NCBI GenBank assembly: GCA_965249785.1
Contig: CBDFMU010000023.1
Span: forward strand, 16,499 to 80,498
Length of the DNA: 64,000 nucleotides
From: Saprospiraceae bacterium
Lineage (GTDB): Bacteria; Bacteroidota; Bacteroidia; Chitinophagales; Saprospiraceae
Reading direction: 5' to 3'
The notes beneath the pieces are model-generated. The model made no database searches. It was given only the letters and a program-made list of their open reading frames with translations, and was not told where the DNA came from. Both the position numbers and the translations under genes were made by a program. Of the stretch, positions 27,987 to 36,523 are shown one piece after another (positions within the stretch are counted from its first letter, which is position 1; every line of letters begins with the position of its first letter).

Positions 27987-28578
27987 ATGCCTCTTTATCG
28001 CTCCCCTACCCGCCGACCACAATCCAGAAGTAGCCGAACTGGCCCAATTCTTTCAGGAAACACTCGGCTTTTGTCCAAATAGCGTGCTGACCATGCAGCG
28101 TCGGCCTGCCATTGCCAAGGCTTTCATTGAGTTAAATAAAGCGGTGATGGAAAATCAGGGCCGCGTAACCAGCGCGCTCAAACGACTCATTGGTTATGTG
28201 GCCAGTTTAACTGCTGGTTGCCAATATTGTCAGGCCCACACCATCCGCGCCGCCGAACGCTACGGGGCTGCCGATGGTCAAATGGAAAATGTCTGGTCTT
28301 ACAAAACCCATCCGGCTTTCACGGAAGCAGAACGCGCTGCATTAGATTTCGCGGTGGCGGCCTCCGCCGTGCCGAACAGCGTGGATGAAAACATCAGCGC
28401 AGAACTGCGAAAACACTGGGAGGAAGGTGAAATTGTAGAAATACTCGGCGTAATCTCGCTATTCGGCTACCTTAACCGCTGGAACGACAGCATGGGCACC
28501 GTCCTCGAAGAACCCGCTACGGAAAGTGGACGACAATGGCTGGGAAAACAGGGCTGGACAGCGGGAAAACATGTATAG
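27987..28578 (+). CDS. AhpD-like carboxymuconolactone decarboxylase-family (peroxidase-related) protein; start region out of frame
   Basis: CQYCQAH motif. The conserved coding sequence (LFIAPLPADHNPEVAELAQFFQETLGFCPNSVLTMQ) extends upstream of the ORF-track start 28084 with no in-frame ATG/GTG/TTG. ATG 27987 is offset by one base. Confidence 0.65.
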
Positions 28579-28657
28579 TGAAAGTTGAGGGGTTGAGGTA
28601 TTGATAGTGAATAATATACAGTCGACCTCTGTTCAAAACCACTCTGCGTTGACTATA
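28574..28657 (-). repeat. GTTGAGA-box element, copy D (compact 84-bp copy)
   Basis: TATAGTGAAAGTTGAGGGGTTGAGGTATTGATAGTGAATAATATACAGTCGACCTCTGTTCAAAACCACTCTGCGTTGACTATA. Its first bases include the TAG stop (28576-28578) of the upstream gene. Confidence 0.85.
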
Positions 28658-28665
28658 TGAAAAGC

Positions 28666-28736
28666 AGGTGCAGCGCACCAGAATATTGGTAGCAAAAATG
28701 GATGAATGATGGATAGAGGTGCAGCGCACCGTAATA
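28666..28736 (+). promoter_or_regulatory. two 20-nt direct repeats AGGTGCAGCGCACCnnAATAT, 51 bp apart, upstream of the beta-helix gene
   Basis: 28666-28685 and 28717-28736. Each contains the small inverted repeat GGTGC-AGC-GCACC. They lie 63-133 nt upstream of ATG 28799. Confidence 0.4.
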
Positions 28737-28798
28737 TGCTGTGTAATATCAGTAAAAAGACAAGTAAACTTTTCCACCACTCATATAATCTTTTTCTC

Positions 28799-30883
28799 AT
28801 GAAGTTTCAATCCTTCTTTACCTCGCTTTTGCTGCTGTTATTTTCTGCTAATTTGATAGCACAAGTCGAAGTTTATGTTTCTACTACCGGCGCAGACGTT
28901 TTTGGAAATGGTGATATAGACCACCCATATTTGACGATTGCATTTGCAGTGGAACAGGCTCCCCCTGGTTCGATAGTGTATATCTCCCCCGGTACCTATA
29001 ATGAAACAAGGGAAATATACATTAATAAACCCCTGAATCTGGTTAAAAATGGTAATGGAGAAGTAATTATTGATGCCATCGGGCGAACCTCACCGACCGA
29101 AAATAAATACATGATTGGTATAGTTAATGCAAATCTGGTAACTATTGATGGTTTGACTTTAAAAAACTGTACTGGCAATGGTTCCAAAGGTATTTGGGTG
29201 TTAGGAAGTGGCAGCATTATTACCATTAAAAATTGTTCTATTTCCAACATTGGATGGGTGAGTAATAATCTTACGCAAATACCGCCCAATAATAATACTG
29301 TGGCCAATGCAATAAGAATAGAAGGCACCAAGCCTACGGCACTGTCTGCTATCTACATCTTAAATAATGATGTTCATAATTGTGCTACTGGCTGGGGAGA
29401 AGCCATTAGCATAGTTGGAAACATAGATGGTTTTCAGGTAGAAAACAATATGGTGCACGAAATTTCCAACATTGGTATTGTAGCGGCGGGCAATTACGCC
29501 TACACTGGTGCTCCTCCGGCCGTGAATCAGGCCAGAAATGGACTTATACGTGGTAATAATATCTATCATTGTATGTCGCCTATTGCCAATTCAGCGGGTA
29601 TTTATCTGGATGGCTCAATAAATTGTACCGTAAGTAGAAACAGAATACATGACAATGCTGTCGGTATCTCCGTTGGCGGTGAAGAAGCAGTGGGTGCAGG
29701 GGCGTTTACTAGTAATGGGCATAGGGTATTTAATAACCTGATTTATAACAATTCGGTTACCGGGATTTACATCGGCAGTAATAATCCTGCCAACGCTGTT
29801 CTAAATACGACCGTTTATAATAATACTATTTTTAAAAATAGAACTGGTGCTGCTATCAATGGCGTCAGTATAATCGGGGGAGAAACGGCGAGCAGTTTCG
29901 CGGATGATTTCGGCGGCGATGTTTTATTGCAAAACATTGAAGATGTCAAATTCAAAAACAACATTATCTATCCGCTGACTAATAAAAGAGCGGTGGTCGC
30001 GCTGGAAGGTTATACCGTGAATAATTTCGTGTCAGATTACAACATCTACTTTCGGGAGGATGCGGCTCCATTGATTGATTTAACGGGATTAAGTTTTAAT
30101 GGACTGACGCTGCAAGAAAGTTATAGCACGCTGACTGATTTTACTGCCGCTACCTCGCTGGAAGCGCATTCTTTCTTTGCAGAGCCGGGTTTCGTGGATA
30201 CTGCTACTTTCAATTTTAGCCTTACTTCTACTGCTTTTGCTATTGATAAAGGTGATACGGCGTACTCAATAATTTTTTCGGATACCCTGGATTTTGCAAA
30301 AAATAAAAGAGTATATAATAGCCGAATAGATGTGGGTGCTTATGAAAGCCAAATCGCTCCATTGGCGGTCAATTTTATAGAACCGTATCAAGCCACGAAG
30401 GTAGAAGCGGGCGTTAAAATTGAATGGACTACTGCTAACGAAACCAATAGCAGCCATTTTGACATTGAGCGCAGCGTGGATGGAATTAATTTTAGAAAAA
30501 TTGCTTCGATAGCGGCTCAAATAAATTCCCATACCATTCATCATTATTCCACCATAGATACCAAACCGGCGCGGGAAACAAATTATTACCGCTTGAAACA
30601 AGTAGATTTAGATGGAAAATTCACTTATACGCCCCTACTTGTCGTTTCTTATAATAGTGTTGATGTACAATTTTATCCAAATCCAGTAGCCAATACGTTG
30701 TTTGTGGAAAGTAAATCTTCCATAGAAAGAATTACTATTCAGGATTTACTCGGCAAGACTATAATGACGATAGAAAATCCTGGAAAAAATGTAGACTTAA
30801 CGGGTTTATCTAGTGGTCAATACATCATCTTGTTTCAGAAATCAAAAGAAGAAATAGAAGTTAGTCGCTTCATAAAGAATTAG
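28799..30883 (+). CDS. right-handed parallel beta-helix repeat protein with T9SS C-terminal sorting domain
   Basis: Signal MKFQSFFTSLLLLLFSANLIAQ. Many NxxIxxN-type beta-helix turns (NNxIY.., GIYI..). C-terminus FYPNPVANTLFVES..GQYIILFQ. Confidence 0.7.
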   Translation: MKFQSFFTSLLLLLFSANLIAQVEVYVSTTGADVFGNGDIDHPYLTIAFAVEQAPPGSIVYISPGTYNETREIYINKPLNLVKNGNGEVIIDAIGRTSPTENKYMIGIVNANLVTIDGLTLKNCTGNGSKGIWVLGSGSIITIKNCSISNIGWVSNNLTQIPPNNNTVANAIRIEGTKPTALSAIYILNNDVHNCATGWGEAISIVGNIDGFQVENNMVHEISNIGIVAAGNYAYTGAPPAVNQARNGLIRGNNIYHCMSPIANSAGIYLDGSINCTVSRNRIHDNAVGISVGGEEAVGAGAFTSNGHRVFNNLIYNNSVTGIYIGSNNPANAVLNTTVYNNTIFKNRTGAAINGVSIIGGETASSFADDFGGDVLLQNIEDVKFKNNIIYPLTNKRAVVALEGYTVNNFVSDYNIYFREDAAPLIDLTGLSFNGLTLQESYSTLTDFTAATSLEAHSFFAEPGFVDTATFNFSLTSTAFAIDKGDTAYSIIFSDTLDFAKNKRVYNSRIDVGAYESQIAPLAVNFIEPYQATKVEAGVKIEWTTANETNSSHFDIERSVDGINFRKIASIAAQINSHTIHHYSTIDTKPARETNYYRLKQVDLDGKFTYTPLLVVSYNSVDVQFYPNPVANTLFVESKSSIERITIQDLLGKTIMTIENPGKNVDLTGLSSGQYIILFQKSKEEIEVSRFIKN

Positions 30884-30893
30884 AATAATATTT

Positions 30894-30957
30894 AGACTGC
30901 TGGATATTTTAACACTGGACATTAGATGAAGTCTGGAATATAGATATCCAGCAGTCT
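30894..30957 (+). terminator. 14-bp stem with large loop followed by T-tract
   Basis: AGACTGCTGGATAT ..36 nt.. ATATCCAGCAGTCT then TTTTAT. Confidence 0.5.
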
Positions 30958-30985
30958 TTTATCACCTGATTTTATACACGAATTA

Positions 30986-31062
30986 CGTTTACGAAACCTT
31001 GGAGGTTTCGCAAACGCCACACGATCAACTCGTTTGCGAAACTTTCAAGAGTTTCGTAAACG
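30986..31062. repeat. twin hairpins built from four copies of the CGTTTRCGAAAC core
   Basis: CGTTTACGAAACC ttgga GGTTTCGCAAACG (30986-31016) and CGTTTGCGAAAC tttcaaga GTTTCGTAAACG (31031-31062), between convergent genes. Confidence 0.7.
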
Positions 31063-31093
31063 TCGTCTTGTAAATTGTGCGTAACATCATTTA

Positions 31094-32407
31094 TCATCTA
31101 AATCGCTCACTATAAAAATCCACCACCCGTTCGTCCGTAATTACATCCTGCGGACGAATTAATTGGCGCAAAACAATGCCTTCCAGCGTGCGACAGCGGC
31201 TCAGTGCCACGTAGAGTTGTCCATGTTCAAAGGCGCCGCTACCAAGATCAAGCAGCACCCGATCAAAGGTTTTACCCTGACTTTTATGGATGGTAATGGC
31301 CCAGGCCAGCCGTAGCGGATATTGCCGGAACGAGCCAATGCTTTCCGCCTCGATGGCACCCGTGGGGCCAGATTTGTAGCGCAGGATTTCCCAGTCCATC
31401 AGTGCCACTTCGATTCGGCGGGTCTTTCCGTTGCCCTCTTCTACTTCTACCAAAATAGTTTTCGCATCCAAAGCGACGACTTTGCCAATGGTGCCGTTGA
31501 CGTACATTCGCTCGACGGGATCGTTTTTTACAAACATCACCTGCGCGCCTTTACGCAGTCGCAGTCGCTCCTCGGTTGGATATAAATTCGGATCGAAAGT
31601 GCCTTTTACTTCGGCTACGAACTCGAATTCGGGTGTCGTCAACAGCGAAAGTTCCTTGCGATTAATGCTATCGGCGGTGGCGTTGCGGGCGCAAAGCGTG
31701 ATGTAACCTTCGGTTGCCTGGAAGTTTAGGACTCGCCGTTCATTCAAATCTTCCAGATCGTCGTGGTCCAGTTCATTGATGCGAATGGCTTCCAACAAGC
31801 GCAAGAAATGCCGCGATTCCTGGCGATACACCTTGCGCAATTCCAGCATATCAAATTGAAAATCAGGCTCTTGGCAAACGTGCGCTGAAAAAAAGTAAGG
31901 CGTCTTATAATAATCCTGAAACAATGACTGCTCTACCGGATCGCGATTCACCACGGGCGGCAACTGGAATAAATCCCCAAAAAGCACGACTTGCACGCCG
32001 CCAAACGGTTGAATATTTTCGCGATTCACCCGCAGAAAACGATCCATGCCATCGAGCACGTCGGCGCGTACCATCGAGATTTCGTCGATCACCAGCACTT
32101 CCAGATTTTTATACAACCGTAGCAGGTCTTTGCGCGTGGTTTTGCGACCCGATTCCGAAGGCGTAATAATGCGTGGCGGAAAGCCAAAAAACGAGTGGAT
32201 CGTCTGGCCTTGCACATTCAAAGCCGCCACGCCAGTGGGAGCCAGCACGGCGATCTTTTTGCGGGTAGTGCTGCGAAAAAGTTGCAGCAATGTACTCTTG
32301 CCCGTGCCAGCGCGCCCGGTAATGAAAATACTGCGCTGGGTCTTTTCCAGCACATCGAGCGCGTACTTAAAATCTTCGTTGAGTTGTAACGGTGTCTGGT
32401 GGAGCAT
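31094..32407 (-). CDS. Pif1/RecD-family (SF1B) DNA helicase
   Basis: ITGRAGTGKST Walker A, LVIDEISMV Walker B, GDLFQLPPV, and a C-terminal TIHKSQGKTF..LYVALSRC motif series. The size (437 aa) matches Bacteroides-type Pif1. Confidence 0.8.
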   Translation of the reverse strand: MLHQTPLQLNEDFKYALDVLEKTQRSIFITGRAGTGKSTLLQLFRSTTRKKIAVLAPTGVAALNVQGQTIHSFFGFPPRIITPSESGRKTTRKDLLRLYKNLEVLVIDEISMVRADVLDGMDRFLRVNRENIQPFGGVQVVLFGDLFQLPPVVNRDPVEQSLFQDYYKTPYFFSAHVCQEPDFQFDMLELRKVYRQESRHFLRLLEAIRINELDHDDLEDLNERRVLNFQATEGYITLCARNATADSINRKELSLLTTPEFEFVAEVKGTFDPNLYPTEERLRLRKGAQVMFVKNDPVERMYVNGTIGKVVALDAKTILVEVEEGNGKTRRIEVALMDWEILRYKSGPTGAIEAESIGSFRQYPLRLAWAITIHKSQGKTFDRVLLDLGSGAFEHGQLYVALSRCRTLEGIVLRQLIRPQDVITDERVVDFYSERFR

Positions 32408-32566
32408 GGCGGTGCAAAGATGCGGAAAGCGACCGTTTTACTTATTTTTGAATTAACGAAGTTGATATGTTTAGTCGCACACGAGCAGCCACCCAACTCT
32501 TTGGCTCTTTTCTGCGTACTGACCATTAGAAAATCCTACCTTTACTTTTCGGACTTTTATAGACAC

Positions 32567-35311
32567 ATGCACTACCGTTTTCGCTCTCTTCGCTGGCTGG
32601 TTTTGGCTGGCTGGCTGTTGTTGCCCCTCCTCAGTTTTGGCCAAAAAGTATTCGACATTGCCATCACCGGCGACTATCGCAATTCCACGCTCATTGAGAT
32701 GTTCCTTGACCTGGAACAACGCTACCCGGTCAAATTTTACTATGATCCGGACGTGCTGCCTTATTATAAGGTCAACTACGAATACACGGGCCAAACGCTG
32801 TTCAATGCGCTGCAAACGACACTGCCTGCCAACGGTCTGGTCTGTATTGGGGCGCGCGAAAACGGCGTGATGATCCTGCGCAAAACTGATCTCAATCGCG
32901 ACTATATCAACAAGTTATTGGAGAAATGGGATGAGAAAAAAATTGAACTGCCCGATTTTTTGACCTCCTATGAACTTGATGTACGAGTGGGCGAACTACC
33001 CGTTAGCACGGCGGAAACCGTGGAAGTAAAGGGCATCGTGCGCGATGAGCAAACCCGCGACCCCATCGTGGGTGCTTCGGTGCAAGTCGTGAATGAAACG
33101 AGAGGAGCCAGTACGAATGCGCTGGGACATTTTAGTATAGAGCTGGCACCCGGCGATCATCAGCTGCTGGTAGGCTACATTGGCTACCGCGAAACAGCGG
33201 TGCAAATGCACGTCAATCAGGCCGGAGAAGTAGAAATCCCCTTGCAAGTAAGTGCATTGGAACTGGCCACAGTAGAAATACAGGGCAACAAATCGGCGAG
33301 TAAACAAACTGCTGTGGCGACGGGTGTGGAAATGCTCAGTGCGCAGAAAATCAAAGAGTTACCAACTTTCATGGGGGAATCCGACGTACTGAAAAGCCTG
33401 CTGGTGCTGCCCGGCGTGAGTACCGTTGGCGAAGGAGCATCAGGTTTTAATGTTCGTGGCGGCAATATTGACCAAAACCTGGTCATTCAGGACGAATTGC
33501 CGTTTTTCAATACCTCCCACGTACTCGGTTTTTTCTCCGTCTTCAATCCCGATCTGGTCCGCACTACGACGTTGTATAAAGGCCACATTCCGGCTAGATT
33601 GGGCGGTAAAATTGCCTCGGCGTTGGAAGTAAAATTGAAAGAAGGCAATTTTCGCGAATGGCATGGCTCGGCGGGTGCTGGGCTGGCGGCTGGCAAAGTA
33701 ACGCTGGAAGGGCCATTGTGGAAAGATAAAATCTCTATTATCGTCGGTGCGCGCGCTTCCTATTCCGACTGGATGCTGAAACGCGCCAAATTGCCAGAGG
33801 TGAAAAGCAGTAGCGCGTGGTTCAACGATTTTAATGGTAAACTGGCCTGGCGACTCAATAAGAACGGCACACTCAATCTGGGGATGCACCGCAGTCAGGA
33901 TTACTTTCGTTTTGCCCAGGAATTTGGCTACGAATGGCAAACTACCGGCGGGAATCTCGCCTGGCGGCAAAGCTGGAATGGCGGTATTCTCACCAGTTTG
34001 ACCGCCGCGACGGGCCAATTGAAGAACACCTTTTTCCAACCTTCGGGTACTGATGCCTTCGAGTTGCACAATGGACTGGCTTATTCGACGGTCAATTTTC
34101 AGGCTTCGTTGCTCAGCATAGAAGGCCACGAAATTATGGCTGGCGTACAGTGGAACCGCAACAGTCCGCTGGCCCAAACCCTGGCTCCGCGCGGGCCGGA
34201 TTCGGGTATCGTCCCGGAATCCGTGCAGCTGGAAAGCGGCGAAGAATGGGCCGGGTTTGTTAGCGACGAAATGAAAATTAGTAATCGGCTTTCGCTGGAC
34301 GCTGGACTTCGCTATTCCTATTTTCGCAGCCTTGGTCCTAATCAAGTGTTTGAATATGAGCCAAATGTGCCATTTTCTCCCGAAACTATTACCGACACGC
34401 TGACCATCGGTGCCAACCAGGCTGGTCAAACGTATGGCGGACTGGAGCCGCGCGTTTCCTTGAATTTCAAACTCACCGACGCGCAAAATATCAAGTTGAG
34501 TTACAATCGGTTGCGCCAATATTTGCACCTGATTTCTAATACGACGGCTGCTACGCCTGCCGACATTTGGCAGCCCAGCAATCGCTATATCCAGCCGCAG
34601 GTGAGTGATAGCTATTCCGCAGGTTGGTTTCTCACGCCCGAAAGCCACCGCTGGGAAACGTCTGTCGAACTTTTTTATCGTACCACCGAACACGTACCCG
34701 CGTACGAGGATTTTGCTACTTTGCTGTTAAACAATCACTTAGAGACGGAATTGATTGAAGGAAAACAAAAAAGTTACGGTTCGGAATTTTTATACCGCAA
34801 AAACGAAGGCCGCTGGACGGGCTGGCTGGGTTACACTTTTTCGCGGGTGTGGCAACAGGCCAAGTCGCCCTACCCCGTCCTTTCGGTGAATCATGGGGAA
34901 TGGTTTCCAGCTAATTTTGATCAGCCGCACCAGGTCATTTTGTTTGCTAAATATGCCATTAATCCGGCCCTTTACTGGACTTTCAATTTCACCTACCGCA
35001 CTGGTCGGCCCGTCACCGCGCCACTCAGCGGTTATCAGGTCGGCACAGTGGTCGTGCCTAACTATGCCAGCCGCAACAACTTGCGTATCCCCGATTACCA
35101 TCGCCTGGATGTTGGGCTGACGCTGGATAAAACCAAGTCCAAATTGAAGGGACTAAAATGGACTTTAAATCTGTCGCTGTATAACGTATACGGGCGGAAA
35201 AACGCCTTCTCGGTGTATTTCAAACGCGACTCAAGAGGATTGCCGAAGGCTTATCAATTGGCGGTAGTGGGCAGCATTATTCCGGCAGCGAATCTGGTTT
35301 TTTACTGGTAA
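32567..35311 (+). CDS. TonB-dependent receptor with STN-like and CarboxypepD_reg N-terminal domains
   Basis: From ATG 32567: signal LLLPLLSFGQ. VKGIVRDEQTRDPIVGASVQVVNETRGASTNALGHFSI (CarboxypepD_reg), the plug ELPTFMGESDVLKSLLVLPGV, and a C-terminal barrel ending NLVFYW. Confidence 0.8.
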   Translation: MHYRFRSLRWLVLAGWLLLPLLSFGQKVFDIAITGDYRNSTLIEMFLDLEQRYPVKFYYDPDVLPYYKVNYEYTGQTLFNALQTTLPANGLVCIGARENGVMILRKTDLNRDYINKLLEKWDEKKIELPDFLTSYELDVRVGELPVSTAETVEVKGIVRDEQTRDPIVGASVQVVNETRGASTNALGHFSIELAPGDHQLLVGYIGYRETAVQMHVNQAGEVEIPLQVSALELATVEIQGNKSASKQTAVATGVEMLSAQKIKELPTFMGESDVLKSLLVLPGVSTVGEGASGFNVRGGNIDQNLVIQDELPFFNTSHVLGFFSVFNPDLVRTTTLYKGHIPARLGGKIASALEVKLKEGNFREWHGSAGAGLAAGKVTLEGPLWKDKISIIVGARASYSDWMLKRAKLPEVKSSSAWFNDFNGKLAWRLNKNGTLNLGMHRSQDYFRFAQEFGYEWQTTGGNLAWRQSWNGGILTSLTAATGQLKNTFFQPSGTDAFELHNGLAYSTVNFQASLLSIEGHEIMAGVQWNRNSPLAQTLAPRGPDSGIVPESVQLESGEEWAGFVSDEMKISNRLSLDAGLRYSYFRSLGPNQVFEYEPNVPFSPETITDTLTIGANQAGQTYGGLEPRVSLNFKLTDAQNIKLSYNRLRQYLHLISNTTAATPADIWQPSNRYIQPQVSDSYSAGWFLTPESHRWETSVELFYRTTEHVPAYEDFATLLLNNHLETELIEGKQKSYGSEFLYRKNEGRWTGWLGYTFSRVWQQAKSPYPVLSVNHGEWFPANFDQPHQVILFAKYAINPALYWTFNFTYRTGRPVTAPLSGYQVGTVVVPNYASRNNLRIPDYHRLDVGLTLDKTKSKLKGLKWTLNLSLYNVYGRKNAFSVYFKRDSRGLPKAYQLAVVGSIIPAANLVFYW

Positions 35312-35351
35312 GTTTAACAAACGATGAACTATAAACGATAAACCATGAACT

Positions 35352-36446
35352 ATGGGAAAATATAGTTTATCTGTGGCGTACCTTTTGGTTATAGTACTAA
35401 TATTAGCCAATTGCGTCCGCGAAATCGACTTTCAGGAAGACGATGCAGACCAGTCTTTACTGGTGGTGAGTGGCGTATTCACCGACGGCAATGGACCACA
35501 TATTCTGCGTCTTAGTCGCCCTGGCAACTATAATAGACAGGTTTTTCCAAAAATTACGGGTGCATCGGTGCGCTTATCTGACGATCAAGGGCATACATTT
35601 TATTATCAGGAAGTTATACTGGATGGCAAGGCTCCATTTTATCAATTAAGTAATGTAAAAGGTGAAACTGGACGGACTTATACCCTGGAAATTGATCTTC
35701 CTAATGGCGAACAATACCGCTCGCATCCACAGATTATGCCCGAACCATTTCCGCTGGATACCGTCGAAGTACATGGTAAATGGTATTATTCCACGACTGC
35801 CAACGGGATCGTCGTGCGCGCACCCTTTGCCTACGCTTACGCCCGCACTAAAGCCCCTGCCCAACCAAAGGATCACTATCTGCACTGGGAGTCCGAGGTG
35901 ATTTATATATTTGATGAAATTAATCCTAAAACTTACGCCCCCATTCCAGCTTCTCATCAGTGTTTTCTTAGTAATCCTATTAATGACCAGTTAGTAGCCA
36001 TCGCCGATTTAAACAAATACAATCCCGGCAGCGTGGTTTATGAAAATGTAGGCAAACGAAAACTTGATCAGGCTTTTGAAAAGCGGATTTCTTTTGCCGT
36101 CTATCAGCGATCAATAGGCCGCGAGGCCTACGAATACTGGAACAAAGTCAACAAATTGCTCAATGCCACTGGTACAATCTTCGATGCGCCGCCTGCTACA
36201 GTACCCGGCAATGTGGAAAATCTCACCCACCCGAATCAGCCCGCTTTGGGTCTATTTGAAGTAGGTGCTGCTGACACCGTACGCGTTTTTACTGGCAACG
36301 GGCAGTTGGGCGACGAATTTCTCTTGCAAAATTATCCTTATTGCCAAATTGATTACACCAAAGGATGGCCGCCCGTCAGCTATCCCGAATGCGATAATTG
36401 CTTACTAATACCCGGGGCTTCGTATGAGGTGCCGTGGTGGTGGTGA
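35352..36446 (+). CDS. DUF4249-family lipoprotein (paralog 1)
   Basis: Lipobox LANC. A 364-aa partner typical downstream of CarboxypepD_reg-type TonB receptors. Highly similar to the next gene. Confidence 0.65.
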   Translation: MGKYSLSVAYLLVIVLILANCVREIDFQEDDADQSLLVVSGVFTDGNGPHILRLSRPGNYNRQVFPKITGASVRLSDDQGHTFYYQEVILDGKAPFYQLSNVKGETGRTYTLEIDLPNGEQYRSHPQIMPEPFPLDTVEVHGKWYYSTTANGIVVRAPFAYAYARTKAPAQPKDHYLHWESEVIYIFDEINPKTYAPIPASHQCFLSNPINDQLVAIADLNKYNPGSVVYENVGKRKLDQAFEKRISFAVYQRSIGREAYEYWNKVNKLLNATGTIFDAPPATVPGNVENLTHPNQPALGLFEVGAADTVRVFTGNGQLGDEFLLQNYPYCQIDYTKGWPPVSYPECDNCLLIPGASYEVPWWW

Positions 36447-36457
36447 TTAAATTAACT

Positions 36458-36511
36458 GTACTGGCGGGTGTAGCCGCTAAATAACCATACGGCGGCTAAA
36501 CCCGCCGGTAC
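36458..36511. repeat. GTAC-headed REP-like palindrome (family copy 2)
   Basis: GTACTGGCGGGTGTAGCCGC - loop - GGCGGCTAAACCCGCCGGTAC, between the two DUF4249 paralogs. Confidence 0.85.
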
Positions 36512-36523
36512 AAACCAGTTACC

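Noticed and set aside
32399-32566. N-terminal 56-codon extension of the receptor ORF, overlapping the Pif1-like gene start
   Set aside because: The signal peptide begins at Met 32567, and the extension has no features and overlaps a divergent gene. Similar ORF-track extensions were trimmed at 25678..27078, 28706.., 40668..43022, 46972.., 53999.. and 5132...
33440-34693. 417-aa minus-strand ORF inside the TonB-dependent receptor gene 32567..35311
   Set aside because: It is antisense to a CDS with clear plug and barrel motifs, and its translation has no recognisable domain.
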